DNA of 64,000 bases from Candidatus Omnitrophota bacterium (GCA_963805065.1 CAWDSS010000010.1:83696-147695), one strand, 5' to 3'; positions 37,675-48,541 are shown, counted from the first letter of the stretch. Notes: generated by a model not told the origin, from the letters alone. Program-made: numbers and translations.

Positions 37675-37992
37675 TTAGAGTGAAACGGGTGGAGCGCGGG
37701 AGAAACTTACGAAGGAATACTCTTCTAAAGCAGGTGGAGAATAGGAATAAAAAACCTTCTGCAGGACGAAACGAATAACGAGAATTGTAATAACTATGAT
37801 AGCAATAGCAAAAGGCGTGTTAAACCAAACTGAAGCAGGACAATCATCGTGAGGCTTTAAATGCAGAGGATCATCGCTATGATTATGTATGAAACCACCG
37901 AAGGAAGCGAAAATTAAAAAGAAAAGGCACAGCAGTCCTACTACTGAAGAATTACGAGAGAGGCTCTTTCTTATTGATGCGAAGGAAAACAT
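37675..37992 (-). CDS. hypothetical small membrane protein with His/Asp-rich loop
   Basis: 105 aa. HNHSDDPLHLKPHDD lies between two TM helices. Start and coding status uncertain. Confidence 0.3.
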   Translation of the reverse strand: MFSFASIRKSLSRNSSVVGLLCLFFLIFASFGGFIHNHSDDPLHLKPHDDCPASVWFNTPFAIAIIVITILVIRFVLQKVFYSYSPPALEEYSFVSFSRAPPVSL

Positions 37993-38058
37993 ATATAAAT
38001 TCTACATCTAAAAAATCTTTGGTCAAGATTTTTTTATGTATAACTCCATAGATAAACT

Positions 38059-38372
38059 AAACCTCTCTACTTTATCTACTAAATACTGGCCTAATTTCTA
38101 GTAAATGACTATTTTGTATGATGAAATGTAGCGAATTATCGCCAAAATACCATTAACTACGCATAGAGCCAATCAGAGAGGAATTGAGCTATTTCAGAGA
38201 AATTTAGATATATTTTCTCTCTATTCCCCGACGGAGATCTTATTTTTAAATATTGCGTAAGTCTTCGGTGAAAATAAGTCCCCATCTCCTAGGGACATCG
38301 CCAGATAAAAAATCACCGACAGGTCTCCCCGTCGGTGAATTGTTGTATCTCATTGTAGCACAATGAGATACG
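38059..38372. repeat. ~320-bp intergenic repeat, family F2, copy 1
   Basis: Patchy homology with 47987-48305. Shared anchors are AAACCTCTCTA, CCGACGGAGATC, CTCCTAGGGACATCGCCAGATAAAAAATC and two covarying hairpins. Confidence 0.6.
38305..38338 (-). terminator. Rho-independent terminator
   Basis: On the minus strand: TCACCGAC-10 nt-GTCGGTGA followed by TTTTTTAT. Lies ~100 nt after the methyltransferase stop. Confidence 0.65.
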
Positions 38373-38434
38373 TTATGCAAGGGTTCCTGAAGGGATTCGA
38401 ACTCGTGAGGAATAACCTCTCTATAATTTCTGCT

Positions 38435-39169
38435 TTATTTAGGCCTTATGCCACCAAAAATGGCCAATTCGAACACCTTTAGGTAACAGTCCACCTCTTT
38501 AAAGCCTATCTTGCGAAGCCAGGCGCATTGTGCGTCAACAGGGGCTAACATATTGGCTTTCTTAAGCGGATTAGTATAGTGTTTCTTCGCTATTTCTCTG
38601 CGCGTTGTAGTAGAACCTGTTGAACGATGATATCTATGCAGGCTATCGACAAAGAATTCGTCAAAAAGGCGATGCAGGCGCAGGGTAGGCGAAGATACGT
38701 GCTCAAGATTTAAAAACAGTCCTCCCGGAGTAAGCAAACTAAATATTTCTTTATAAACCCCCCTCTTCCTTTCGTCTTTCTGATGATGAATAGAAAACCC
38801 AGAAACTATCACGTCAAACTTTCCGTATTGTTTAACAGATTTTACCCATGAAGGCTTGCCGTAATCTTCTTTAAGGAAGACTAGTCTTTTATTATTTTTG
38901 AGGGATTTTTTACGCGCAGCCTTCATCATGGTATCCGAGAAATCCAGAAAAACACCTTGCGTCTTAGGATATTTGGAAAGTATAGCCCTGCCCAATATTC
39001 CATCGCCACAGCCTAAATCCAGAAAGCTTTTGAGTTTTGGTTTAAGCTCTTCAATCAGCTTGAGGATGATTTCAATTTGATAATCGGCCAGCGGGATTGC
39101 GCTTCTAACACCCTCTAGATAACACTTACCGAGATCCTCTCTTTTCCATGCCTTGTCTTTTCTGCTCAT
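38435..39169 (-). CDS. class I SAM-dependent methyltransferase
   Basis: 244 aa with motif I FLDLGCGDGILG. Confidence 0.8.
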   Translation of the reverse strand: MSRKDKAWKREDLGKCYLEGVRSAIPLADYQIEIILKLIEELKPKLKSFLDLGCGDGILGRAILSKYPKTQGVFLDFSDTMMKAARKKSLKNNKRLVFLKEDYGKPSWVKSVKQYGKFDVIVSGFSIHHQKDERKRGVYKEIFSLLTPGGLFLNLEHVSSPTLRLHRLFDEFFVDSLHRYHRSTGSTTTRREIAKKHYTNPLKKANMLAPVDAQCAWLRKIGFKEVDCYLKVFELAIFGGIRPK

Positions 39170-39199
39170 TTTATTTTCTCCAACTATTTCAAGAAAAGA

Positions 39200-40549
39200 T
39201 TATCGAACAATTTTCTTCTTGATTGTTTTAGTTATAGCAAATAATAATCCGATCAGGCTCTTATCTCGAGGCTGAAACCGCGCTTCTACTTTTTCTATTT
39301 CTTCGCCTGTTTCTACCAGTAAGGAAGGAGATTTCTTGATGGAAAGGACTTGAGACGGATAAACGCTGCGATGACCTGTCATAAGAAAACTAATCACGCA
39401 CGCTACGGTAGCGTACGGCGCCACCTTAGGGCCAAACAACTCAACAGCCATAATACTTGCGGCTATGGGGGTATTTGCCGCCCCTGCTAACGCCGCTACT
39501 AATCCTACAGCAGCAAAAGTAGCAATGTCTAATCCTAACATAGTCGCAAATAAGCTTCCTGAAGTAGCGCCAATAAAGAATATTGGCGTAATAATGCCAC
39601 CACTCCCGCCAAAATTTAACGTAATAGCGGTAAAGATAATCTTTAAAATAAACGCATACCAAACCGTCTTAACTCCTTCTAAAGAAGATTGGATTGTATC
39701 TAGCCCAAGCCCTAAATATTGCTTTGAAAATATAAAGACTAATCCGATAAGGGCTAAGCCGCCTACGATTCCCTTAAGCAGTTTTGATATCTGTAATTTA
39801 GCTGATAATTTATTGCCTAATTTTAGCATCTCAATCAAAAGAGCTGAAACAATGCCAAAGAAGATGCCAGCAAGCACAATTTTTAGAAAGAAAGCTTCGC
39901 TAAAGACAGGGATAAAATTTAAGGGGTGATAAAAATAGGTTATTCCGAATGAAGATGAAATATGATAGCTGATAATTCCGGCAATAAAAGAAGGGAGAAG
40001 AACATCATATAGAATACTTCCTATAAAAAGAACCTCTACTCCAAAAATAGCTCCTGCAATAGGAGTGCCAAAAACAGAAGCAAATCCTGCACTGATACCG
40101 CAAATGACCAGCTTCTTGCGGTCTCGATCATCGAACTTGAACAAATCCGCAAATATTGAAGATAGCCCACCTCCTATCTGGGCGCAAGGGCCCTCCTTAC
40201 CTACCGAACCGCCAGCAGCCAAAGTTATAATGGTCGCTACAAGCTTTACGGGAACAACCGCTGCTTTAATCTTTCCGGAGCGCTTATGAACAGCCTCGAT
40301 GACCTTTTCAGTCCCATGGCCCTCTGCATCAGGAGCCAGGTATTTAATTATTGCCGCGCTTAAGAACAAGGCTACAGGCAACAAAAGAAAATAATAAGAG
40401 TAGTTAGTGGCGAATAACCTGCTCCAATTTAAGATTTTCAAAAACAGAGTTGTCGATAAGCCTACGATTATACCGACTACTGTTGCCAAGAAAACCCATT
40501 TAATGACGCTTATAAGTAAAATTGTCTCTTCTGCAAATCTTCTTTTCAT
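39200..40549 (-). CDS. ClC-family voltage-gated chloride channel / H+-Cl- antiporter
   Basis: 449 aa. Selectivity motifs GSVGKEGP and GIITPIFFIG. Confidence 0.9.
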   Translation of the reverse strand: MKRRFAEETILLISVIKWVFLATVVGIIVGLSTTLFLKILNWSRLFATNYSYYFLLLPVALFLSAAIIKYLAPDAEGHGTEKVIEAVHKRSGKIKAAVVPVKLVATIITLAAGGSVGKEGPCAQIGGGLSSIFADLFKFDDRDRKKLVICGISAGFASVFGTPIAGAIFGVEVLFIGSILYDVLLPSFIAGIISYHISSSFGITYFYHPLNFIPVFSEAFFLKIVLAGIFFGIVSALLIEMLKLGNKLSAKLQISKLLKGIVGGLALIGLVFIFSKQYLGLGLDTIQSSLEGVKTVWYAFILKIIFTAITLNFGGSGGIITPIFFIGATSGSLFATMLGLDIATFAAVGLVAALAGAANTPIAASIMAVELFGPKVAPYATVACVISFLMTGHRSVYPSQVLSIKKSPSLLVETGEEIEKVEARFQPRDKSLIGLLFAITKTIKKKIVR

Positions 40550-40561
40550 TTATTAATATAA

Positions 40562-42295
40562 TTAACCAAAAGTAAAAGCATAAACAGAAATCCCGTCATT
40601 CTGAAATTCTAATCGCAGCAAATGAGATTCGACCTTCCCTTTTAAATCAATAAGACTGTATAACCGTTCTGTATCAAGAATAATCTGACTATTGCTAACA
40701 TCAACCCCTGCAATGGAATCATCAACAGGCTTGCCGTCTATAAGCAGTTTAATTTGGTCACGTTGGGCATGGGGGCTAATTACAAGAAACACTTTATCTG
40801 CCCTAAAATTGATTTCTAATGCTGAATCTTTTCCAGCTGTGGCTGCCTCTTCAGAAATCTCCCAAACACCCTCGTAAGCAAAATGATCTTGCGCAATGTT
40901 TGACGCATGAGTGAATACCTGTCTTCCACTCACAACTTGTTCATTCGATGCGAAACGTTCCATCCGCGCTTTCCCAAGATAAGTTTCAGGTGTAATATTG
41001 TATTGTGGCGCTTGATCTTTAAGAGAGCTTGTAGCTATTTTGATAGGATTACCTGATTCTTCCAAGAGCTGTCTTATGGCAAACTCCATCTCATCATATT
41101 CTCCTTCGCCAAAATGCTCCTTTCTTATATGCCCGTTTGTATCAATTAAATATACGGCTGGCCAATACTGATTATCAAATGCACGCCATGTTTTGTAATC
41201 ATTGTCTTGGGCTACGGGATAATTGATTTTGAATTGATTAATAGCATTTTCAACATTTCTTGTTTCTTTTTCAAAGGCAAATTCCGGAGTATGCACTCCA
41301 ATAACGACAAAATTATTGTCCTTGTATTTGTCATACCAGGCAGTTACATGTGGCAATTCTCTTACGCAATTGATACACGTATAAGTCCAAAAATCAACCA
41401 GGACCACTTTCCCGCGTAGCTTGGCCATAGTCAAAGACCGGGGAGTATTAAGCCATTTTGCAATACCTACAAAATCAGGAGCTTCTCCTAAATCAGGCAA
41501 TTCTTTTGCACCTACCTTGACTACTTTTTTAGCTTCTTTTTTACCCTGAAGAATAGCTAGTTGCTTACTAACTTGGCTGTTGCTCTCAAATTTAGTAAGG
41601 AAGTTCCCGTAGGAAGGGAAAAAATTAAGAATTTTAAGCTGGATAGCTTTGTCGTAGTTTGTATAAATAAGCAACGCCGCGACAATCATTACTAAACCGA
41701 ATGCCTGTTGTATTCGAATCGTATATTTTGTGAACTGGCGCATTATATTAAAACACCAAGAACCGATAAGTGAAAAAATAAACAGGGGTATTCCAAGCCC
41801 ACAAACATAAGCTAATGTAACGGCTATTACTTTTATATTAACCTCCTGTGTTGCAGCCAATGTCGCAACCGTTGCCAAGATCGGACCAGAACAAGGGGCC
41901 CAGACCAATCCGGTAGCAAACCCCATAACATAGCCCGCAGTAAAGCCTGTTCCTTTACTCTTGATTCGATTCCTAAAAGGAGTAAGTATATTATTAATAA
42001 AGTCTTCTAATCTCATCCCAAAAGATGGAATCATCATAGAAATGCCTAAAAAGCCTATAGCTATAACGGCAATAATGCGAAAAAGATTGGGATCAATATG
42101 GAAGATTTTTTCAAGATAGGATATTGAAAGAGTAAATATAGTAAAGCTGGTCATAATGCCTAGAGTAATGCCGAACGGCCTTTGTTTACCGCCAACTGAT
42201 GAAGCTGAAAGGATAATGGGCAATAATGGCCAAATACACGGCGCCAAAATTGTTACAAATCCTGCGATGAAAGTAAAAAATAGCAGTATTAGCAT
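40562..42295 (-). CDS. dipZ: DipZ-like protein: CcdA/DsbD membrane domain + thioredoxin-fold domain + C-terminal beta domain
   Basis: 577 aa. TM cysteines APCIWP and APCSGP. Redoxin motif WTYTCINC. Confidence 0.85.
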   Translation of the reverse strand: MLILLFFTFIAGFVTILAPCIWPLLPIILSASSVGGKQRPFGITLGIMTSFTIFTLSISYLEKIFHIDPNLFRIIAVIAIGFLGISMMIPSFGMRLEDFINNILTPFRNRIKSKGTGFTAGYVMGFATGLVWAPCSGPILATVATLAATQEVNIKVIAVTLAYVCGLGIPLFIFSLIGSWCFNIMRQFTKYTIRIQQAFGLVMIVAALLIYTNYDKAIQLKILNFFPSYGNFLTKFESNSQVSKQLAILQGKKEAKKVVKVGAKELPDLGEAPDFVGIAKWLNTPRSLTMAKLRGKVVLVDFWTYTCINCVRELPHVTAWYDKYKDNNFVVIGVHTPEFAFEKETRNVENAINQFKINYPVAQDNDYKTWRAFDNQYWPAVYLIDTNGHIRKEHFGEGEYDEMEFAIRQLLEESGNPIKIATSSLKDQAPQYNITPETYLGKARMERFASNEQVVSGRQVFTHASNIAQDHFAYEGVWEISEEAATAGKDSALEINFRADKVFLVISPHAQRDQIKLLIDGKPVDDSIAGVDVSNSQIILDTERLYSLIDLKGKVESHLLRLEFQNDGISVYAFTFG

Positions 42296-42399
42296 AAACC
42301 TTATATTAGTTTATCCTTTGAGCCTCGTCAATGTATTCTTCCTCTATTTTACTGACTTTTTTCTACTCCGTGATGGTACCCATAAGGATTCAATAGGAG

Positions 42400-42462
42400 G
42401 TGAACCAGAAGAAACGCCCAGAAATACGGCGCGAGGGAAAGACTCTCAAGACACAGCTATAA
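42400..42462. repeat. family E repeat, copy 3
   Basis: ...GCCCAGAAATACGGCGCGAGGGAAAGACTCTCAAGACACAGCTAT matches the E1/E2 core. Confidence 0.65.
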
Positions 42463-42545
42463 ATAAACTTATAACCGCTATTGCGATAATAGACCTTAAA
42501 TTCTCCAATACTGCCGGGAGAGCGATATTATTGGGTGGTCGGTGG

Positions 42546-43918
<1,373 letters not shown>

Positions 43919-43923
43919 CCCAA

Positions 43924-44115
43924 TTAGACAATCTTTATAGCCTTAACTGGGCATATCTTCTGGCACCCTCTTAGCTTATCGCACTTTGATTCATCGGTTA
44001 CTTTACACTTTTGAGCAGCCTTATCAATATAAAGGATCTTCTTTGGACATAATTCTACGCATTTGGCACATCCAATACATAAAGATTCATCAATAATCAC
44101 GATCTTATTCATCAA
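43924..44115 (-). CDS. 4Fe-4S ferredoxin-domain protein
   Basis: 63 aa with CIGCAKCVELCP and C..LRGCQKICP. Confidence 0.8.
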   Translation of the reverse strand: MMNKIVIIDESLCIGCAKCVELCPKKILYIDKAAQKCKVTDESKCDKLRGCQKICPVKAIKIV

Positions 44116-44145
44116 AAACCTCAGTTGTGTTAGAAAGCGTCCCCG

Positions 44146-44586
44146 CTATTCTGTAGCCTTACCATCAAATTCTTGGTCATTAGCTTCGGCTTCTTCCTTG
44201 GTTGCCCGAACTATACCGTCTTTGTGATGTGCCGGAGAATAGATGGTATACAGTTTTAGTTCTTTTGAATCTGATATATTGATGATATTGTGCTTGGCTC
44301 CGGCTGGTACAATTATCGCTACACCATCGCCCACTTCATAAACGTTTCCGTCAATAATTACTTTACCAAGGCCAGCCTCAAAGCGGAAGAATTGATCATT
44401 GTCCGCGTGTGTTTCCATGCCAATTTCTTCTTTTGGGCGAAGATTCATCAGCACCAATTGACTGTGCTTCCCAGTGTATAATACTTTTCGGAACTTTGTG
44501 TTTTCTAAAGTGTCTTTTTCAATATTCCCTCTAAATCCCTTCATAATTTCCTCCTTTTTAATGGCAACCGTGCTGCGCGCAGGCAT
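44146..44586 (-). CDS. cupin-domain protein
   Basis: 146 aa. GMETHADNDQFFRFEAG.G...DG....VGDG.AIIVPAGAKHNIIN. The start may be Met15. Confidence 0.75.
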   Translation of the reverse strand: MPARSTVAIKKEEIMKGFRGNIEKDTLENTKFRKVLYTGKHSQLVLMNLRPKEEIGMETHADNDQFFRFEAGLGKVIIDGNVYEVGDGVAIIVPAGAKHNIINISDSKELKLYTIYSPAHHKDGIVRATKEEAEANDQEFDGKATE

Positions 44587-44923
44587 TCTGGACGGTTATT
44601 TCCTCAAGCCCACCTTTGGTGAACTGGCTGACAATATCCGCAACTGTTCCCGGGATAGCCCGATAAGCCTTGATCCCGCCTTCATTAAGCTTTTGAACCG
44701 CCCTACTACCCATTCCACCGGTAACCACAGCATCAATCTTCTTCCCCATTAACGCGTTCATTGGCTGGCACATACCGTGCGCATGATGTTGATTGGCATT
44801 GTCAATAATCTCTACGGAATCTTTCTCTGTATCAACGATGGTAAAATACGGCGCGCTGCCGAAATGCCCATAAACCTTTGCGCTCTTGCCTTCATTTGTT
44901 TCTGTTGGAATGCATAACTTCAT
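44558..44923 (-). CDS. NifB/NifX-family (dinitrogenase Fe-Mo cofactor biosynthesis domain) protein
   Basis: Start taken at MKLCIPT (Met14 of the track ORF), giving an ATGA overlap with the upstream gene. Segment HFGSAPYFTIVD...HHAHG. Confidence 0.8.
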   Translation of the reverse strand: MKLCIPTETNEGKSAKVYGHFGSAPYFTIVDTEKDSVEIIDNANQHHAHGMCQPMNALMGKKIDAVVTGGMGSRAVQKLNEGGIKAYRAIPGTVADIVSQFTKGGLEEITVQNACAQHGCH

Positions 44924-45516
44924 TTTGCTACTCCTTTCTTGGCTATAATAACAGTTTGACAAATATCCCTATAAACCTTAACAATCAATCCTGCTTTCTC
45001 TAAGTATTCTTTTACGCCCGATAATGACATTTTAGACGCCGCATGGCTATGGCCATCTAACGCATGCACTTTTTCCATAATCTTCTCGCCTCTTTTATTC
45101 AAATCTGCAATGATGAGCTTGTTTTTCGTTACTCTTATCATCTCCTTTAAGCATTTAACCGGATTTTTAGCGTGATGAATGAAATTCACTGAAATCACAT
45201 AATCAAAAGAGTTATCTTTATATTTTAACCTTTCGGCATTCATGATTTTAAGCGATACAGATTTATCAAGTTTAAGGCTTTCAAGCTTTAGCTTGGCTAC
45301 GTCTTGAGCTTTTCTATCCAGGTCGATTGAAACTACCCTTAAACTATTCTTTGCCAAAGCAACCGCCATATGGCCCCGGCCTGTACCAACCTCAAGAATT
45401 TTCCCTCTTGAAATTCTGGCTTTTGTAAGAATGAATTTTCTGGCTTTAGGGATATCGTAGCCATACTTTTTGAATAACTTCAGCCTATCTTGATCCTGCT
45501 TTATTAAATTATCCAT
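44920..45516 (-). CDS. class I SAM-dependent methyltransferase
   Basis: 198 aa with motif I ILEVGTGRGHMA. Confidence 0.8.
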   Translation of the reverse strand: MDNLIKQDQDRLKLFKKYGYDIPKARKFILTKARISRGKILEVGTGRGHMAVALAKNSLRVVSIDLDRKAQDVAKLKLESLKLDKSVSLKIMNAERLKYKDNSFDYVISVNFIHHAKNPVKCLKEMIRVTKNKLIIADLNKRGEKIMEKVHALDGHSHAASKMSLSGVKEYLEKAGLIVKVYRDICQTVIIAKKGVAK

Positions 45517-45813
45517 TTAACCCACCCTTTTAACCATTCCGCCTTCAATCTTGAGTGCCTTTGCGTGCAATAAAACATCCGCGATTTTTTTATGGGCAGA
45601 ATTAATAATATTTCCGAAGGTCTGCCGAGAAATATCCATTTTCCTGGCGGCATCTTCCTGATATAACTCTTCAAAATCCGCAAGCCGCACTGCTTCTAAT
45701 TCATCTAAGGTAAGATTAACCTCTTCAAGCTTATCAATCGGGATACCGCGAGGTTTAAAGTAATTCGTATCAGGCTTACATCTTATTCTTCTACATCTAC
45801 AAGGCCTTGGCAT
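45517..45813 (-). CDS. DUF134-family putative DNA-binding protein
   Basis: 98 aa. MPRPCRCRRIRCKPDTNYFKPRGIP followed by an HTH-like C-terminus. Confidence 0.8.
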   Translation of the reverse strand: MPRPCRCRRIRCKPDTNYFKPRGIPIDKLEEVNLTLDELEAVRLADFEELYQEDAARKMDISRQTFGNIINSAHKKIADVLLHAKALKIEGGMVKRVG

Positions 45814-45844
45814 ATATCTTCCTTTTAGTTATTGGCATATGCTA

Positions 45845-45873
45845 ATAATATATTAAAAAGCATTTTTTGTCAA
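45845..45873 (-). promoter_or_regulatory. sigma70-type promoter TTGACA-17-TATTAT with adjacent near-palindrome
   Basis: -35 = rc of 45868-45873 and -10 = rc of 45845-45850. TTATTGGCATATGCTAATAA (about 45829-45848) overlaps the -10 and +1 region. Confidence 0.5.
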
Positions 45874-45905
45874 CAAAATTTAATGGGAATTTTAAAACGA
45901 CAACG

Positions 45906-46337
45906 CTACGGGAATTTAAGCCAGTCTTTTACCTTGGCTTCAATCTGATTTCTGACTTCTCTGGTTTTTGTTATTTTTTCTTCGTGCGAGCCGGTGAAAC
46001 CGGAAGGATCATCTAAATCCCAATGCATCCTTTTTGTAGCTGCTGTCCCGGGAAAAACAGGGCATTTTCCTGCCTGAGATTCATTACATACAGTCACCAC
46101 ATAATCATATTGTTTACCTTGCTTATAGAAATCGAATACACTCTTGGTCTTATTCTGGGAAATATCGATATCCACTTCTTTCATAACCTCAACAACCATA
46201 GGATTTAACTTGCCCGGTTCAAGGCCAGCGCTTTCTACCTCAAACCTATCACCTGCCATCTGCTTTAGGAATGCTTCAGCCATCTGTGAACGGGCAGAGT
46301 TATGCACACAGACAAATAGGACTTTTTGCTTATCCAT
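45906..46337 (-). CDS. arsC: arsenate reductase, LMW-PTP (thioredoxin-coupled) type
   Basis: 143 aa with the CX5R P-loop in VLFVCVHNSARSQ. Downstream Cys residues are present. Confidence 0.9.
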   Translation of the reverse strand: MDKQKVLFVCVHNSARSQMAEAFLKQMAGDRFEVESAGLEPGKLNPMVVEVMKEVDIDISQNKTKSVFDFYKQGKQYDYVVTVCNESQAGKCPVFPGTAATKRMHWDLDDPSGFTGSHEEKITKTREVRNQIEAKVKDWLKFP

Positions 46338-46352
46338 TAAGATTCTCCTTAT

Positions 46353-47312
46353 TTAAGCTAATATCTTCTGCAATAAATTAAACAGGTAGCCTGTGAATAT
46401 AATGCCCAGGGTAGTGATACCAAAGAAAATAGCTATCAACTTTAACTTCATTGCTCTTCTTAACATAATCGCCTCAGGCAGGCTTAACGCAGCGACTGCC
46501 ATCATAAATGCTAAAGCAGTGCCTAAAGGGAAGCCCTTCTGAAACAATACCACCGCAATCGGAACAATAGCTGCGCAACTGCCGTACATAGGGACACCTA
46601 TGAGAGTAGCTATGGGCACTGAAAATACTCCTGTCTTGCTTACAATTGATTGCACTGCTTGCTGAGGGACATAATTATGGATTGCGGCTCCTAACCCTAC
46701 GCCTACAAGTACCCACATCCATAGCTTCTTTAGGATGCATTTTGCTTCATTTATTCCGAAAAGCATTCTTTGTTTTATCCCCTTAGGTTTTATCTCGCAA
46801 TCTTCTTCTACGTTCCCGGTAATGATATCTTTTTCGATGTATTTCTCCAGCTTCATTTTGCCTAGGATAATTCCCGTAAAGATTCCGATTGCCATACCGC
46901 TGATTACATACGCTAGCGTGATCTTCCAGCCAAAAAATCCAAGCATTAATACGACTAGATATTCATTAATGAGCGGAGATGTAACAAGAAAAGAGAAAGT
47001 TACCCCTAAGGGGATTCCCGCATCTAAAAAGCTTATAAAAAGAGGAATTGAAGAACAGGAGCAAAACGGGGTAATCGCGCCAAATAGCGAAGCAAAAAAA
47101 TTACCCCACCCCTTAGTCCCCATAATCCAGCTTTTTACTTTCTCTTGTGATAAGAAGCTGCGTAAAAATCCTATGACTGAAATCATCACAAAGAGAAGCA
47201 GCATGATCTTTACGCTATCATAAATAAAAAAGTTAATAGAAGCGCCTAACGCGGAATTGGCGTTAAACTTCAAAACAGAATATGTCAACCAATCAACAAT
47301 TAACTGCAGCAT
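46353..47312 (-). CDS. arsP: DUF318/ArsP-type permease
   Basis: 319 aa, polytopic, with the vicinal-cysteine motif [10 protein letters not shown]. Lies in the ars operon. Confidence 0.75.
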   Translation of the reverse strand: MLQLIVDWLTYSVLKFNANSALGASINFFIYDSVKIMLLLFVMISVIGFLRSFLSQEKVKSWIMGTKGWGNFFASLFGAITPFCSCSSIPLFISFLDAGIPLGVTFSFLVTSPLINEYLVVLMLGFFGWKITLAYVISGMAIGIFTGIILGKMKLEKYIEKDIITGNVEEDCEIKPKGIKQRMLFGINEAKCILKKLWMWVLVGVGLGAAIHNYVPQQAVQSIVSKTGVFSVPIATLIGVPMYGSCAAIVPIAVVLFQKGFPLGTALAFMMAVAALSLPEAIMLRRAMKLKLIAIFFGITTLGIIFTGYLFNLLQKILA

Positions 47313-47452
47313 GAATTCTTCTCCTTATCGGAAGGCCCACAACAGCATGGCTTTGATTTCGCCTTTTCTTCCATCTTCTTATCCATTTTCTCAAACAGCC
47401 CTTTAAAAAAAGTTCTTACTTTGCCTTTCTTGTTTCCAGTATTGTCTTTCAT
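47300..47452 (-). CDS. 50-aa Cys-rich small protein in the ars operon
   Basis: Below the track cutoff: [56 protein letters not shown] lies upstream and the ORF overlaps the arsP start by 13 nt. Confidence 0.5.
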   Translation of the reverse strand: MKDNTGNKKGKVRTFFKGLFEKMDKKMEEKAKSKPCCCGPSDKEKNSCCS

Positions 47453-47466
47453 ATGCTCTTCTCCTT

Positions 47467-47490
47467 TTATATAGCTAAGTGGCTATTTAT
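47467..47490. promoter_or_regulatory. imperfect copy of the ArsR-operator-like palindrome
   Basis: TTATATAGCTAAGTGGCTATTTAT lies between arsR and the Cys-rich ORF/arsP. Confidence 0.4.
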
Positions 47491-47502
47491 TAGGTAAAAA
47501 AA

Positions 47503-47844
47503 TTATTTCTTGCAACAAAGCCTTGCCCGGTTAACTCTTTTTAGCTTCTCCCGGTCTTTATTAACAATAACAGTACTGTTTAAGTGTTTCTTAAAACACA
47601 ATAATAACATTTTTAAAAGTTCGTTATCCCTCCTTAAATAGTAATTTGTCCAGAAACGATCTTGCTCGCTTTCAATTATACCGACGGCGCTGAGTTTTTT
47701 AAGATGCTTTGATACGCTGGGCTGAGTAATGCCTAGGACGAAAGCCAATTCACAAACACACATCTTCCGCACCTCAAGAAGCTTAAGGATCCGAAGCCTA
47801 TTCTTATCCGCCAATGCCTTTAGGGATTTTTCCAGTTCTTTCAT
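47503..47844 (-). CDS. arsR: ArsR/SmtB-family transcriptional repressor
   Basis: 113 aa with CVCELAFVLGITQPSVSKHLKKL (metalloid-binding CVC + HTH). Confidence 0.9.
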   Translation of the reverse strand: MKELEKSLKALADKNRLRILKLLEVRKMCVCELAFVLGITQPSVSKHLKKLSAVGIIESEQDRFWTNYYLRRDNELLKMLLLCFKKHLNSTVIVNKDREKLKRVNRARLCCKK

Positions 47845-47856
47845 GGTTTTCTTCTC

Positions 47857-47910
47857 ATTTATATAGCCATATGGCTATATAAATATAGCATTGCGGTTTC
47901 ATTTTGTCAA
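47857..47910 (-). promoter_or_regulatory. promoter TTGACA-17-TATATT overlapped by a perfect 28-nt palindrome (candidate ArsR operator)
   Basis: Palindrome ATTTATATAGCCATATGGCTATATAAAT at 47857-47884. -10 = rc of 47882-47887 and -35 = rc of 47905-47910. Confidence 0.6.
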
Positions 47911-47986
47911 TCTTTTTTTCCTATTCGCATTCTATTGAAAAAACAATTCTGGATTATTTCTGATATCTCTGTCCACATAGTAGCCC

Positions 47987-48305
47987 AAACCTCTCTAGTT
48001 TATCCTCGAGAAACTGACCTAATTCCTAGTTTATGGCCATATTCGCATTGAGCAATTTCTACAATAATCGCAAATAGGCATAAACTAGCGCCCATAAACT
48101 ACGAGAGGAATTAGCCAATTACTTGAATATTTTCTTTTATAAATCCTCTCTTTTTCCGACGGAGATCCTGTTTTAAAATATTACAGCATTCTCCGACGAG
48201 AATAACGCCATAACTCCTAGGGACATCGCCAGATAAAAAATCCCCGACAAGTTTTCCTCATCGGGGATATGTTGTAACTCATTGCCTCTCAATGAGTTAC
48301 GGATG
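47987..48305. repeat. family F2 repeat, copy 2
   Basis: See 38059-38372. Confidence 0.6.
48233..48268 (-). terminator. orphan Rho-independent terminator
   Basis: On the minus strand: ATCCCCGA-13 nt-TCGGGGAT followed by TTTTTTAT. No gene lies upstream of it. Confidence 0.55.
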
Positions 48306-48307
48306 TT

Positions 48308-48365
48308 GGGGTCACTGGCTGGACGACGTTAGAACCTGTTTGATAGCGACTTAACGCTGCCTACC
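48308..48365. repeat. second copy of the 57-nt block at 29618-29674
   Basis: GGGGTCACTGGCTGGACGACGTTAGAACCTGTTTGATAGCGACTTAACGCTGCCTACC. Confidence 0.85.
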
Positions 48366-48412
48366 GGCCTAACTCCTAGGGACATCGACCTAAGTCTTTA
48401 ACACCCTAGGAC

Positions 48413-48541
48413 ATAAAAATAGCCATGATCACGTTAAGTAATCATGGCTATTTGCCTCTCTCCTGTACAGAGGAGAGAGAATTTACTGGGGTCCCTCTCC
48501 TATTAGCCGAGGGAAATCCGCTCTTAATTTTACACAGGTCA
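48413..48541 (-). ncRNA. candidate small RNA 1 (degenerate promoter + conserved leader + two hairpins + terminator)
   Basis: On the minus strand: CTGACA-15-TATAGT (rc of 48542-48568), then leader L3. Next a 9-bp hairpin CTCTCTCCT/AGGAGAGAG (48456-48479). Then terminator AGCCATGAT/ATCATGGCT + ATTTTTAT (48413-48449). No ORF. Confidence 0.25.

Noticed and set aside
38385-38412. tRNA-like T-arm sequence (rc GAGTTCGAATCCC)
   Set aside because: The flanking bases do not pair as a T-stem, and I could build no acceptor, D or anticodon arms on either strand. At most it is a decayed tRNA 3' fragment. I found no tRNA or rRNA genes in the window.
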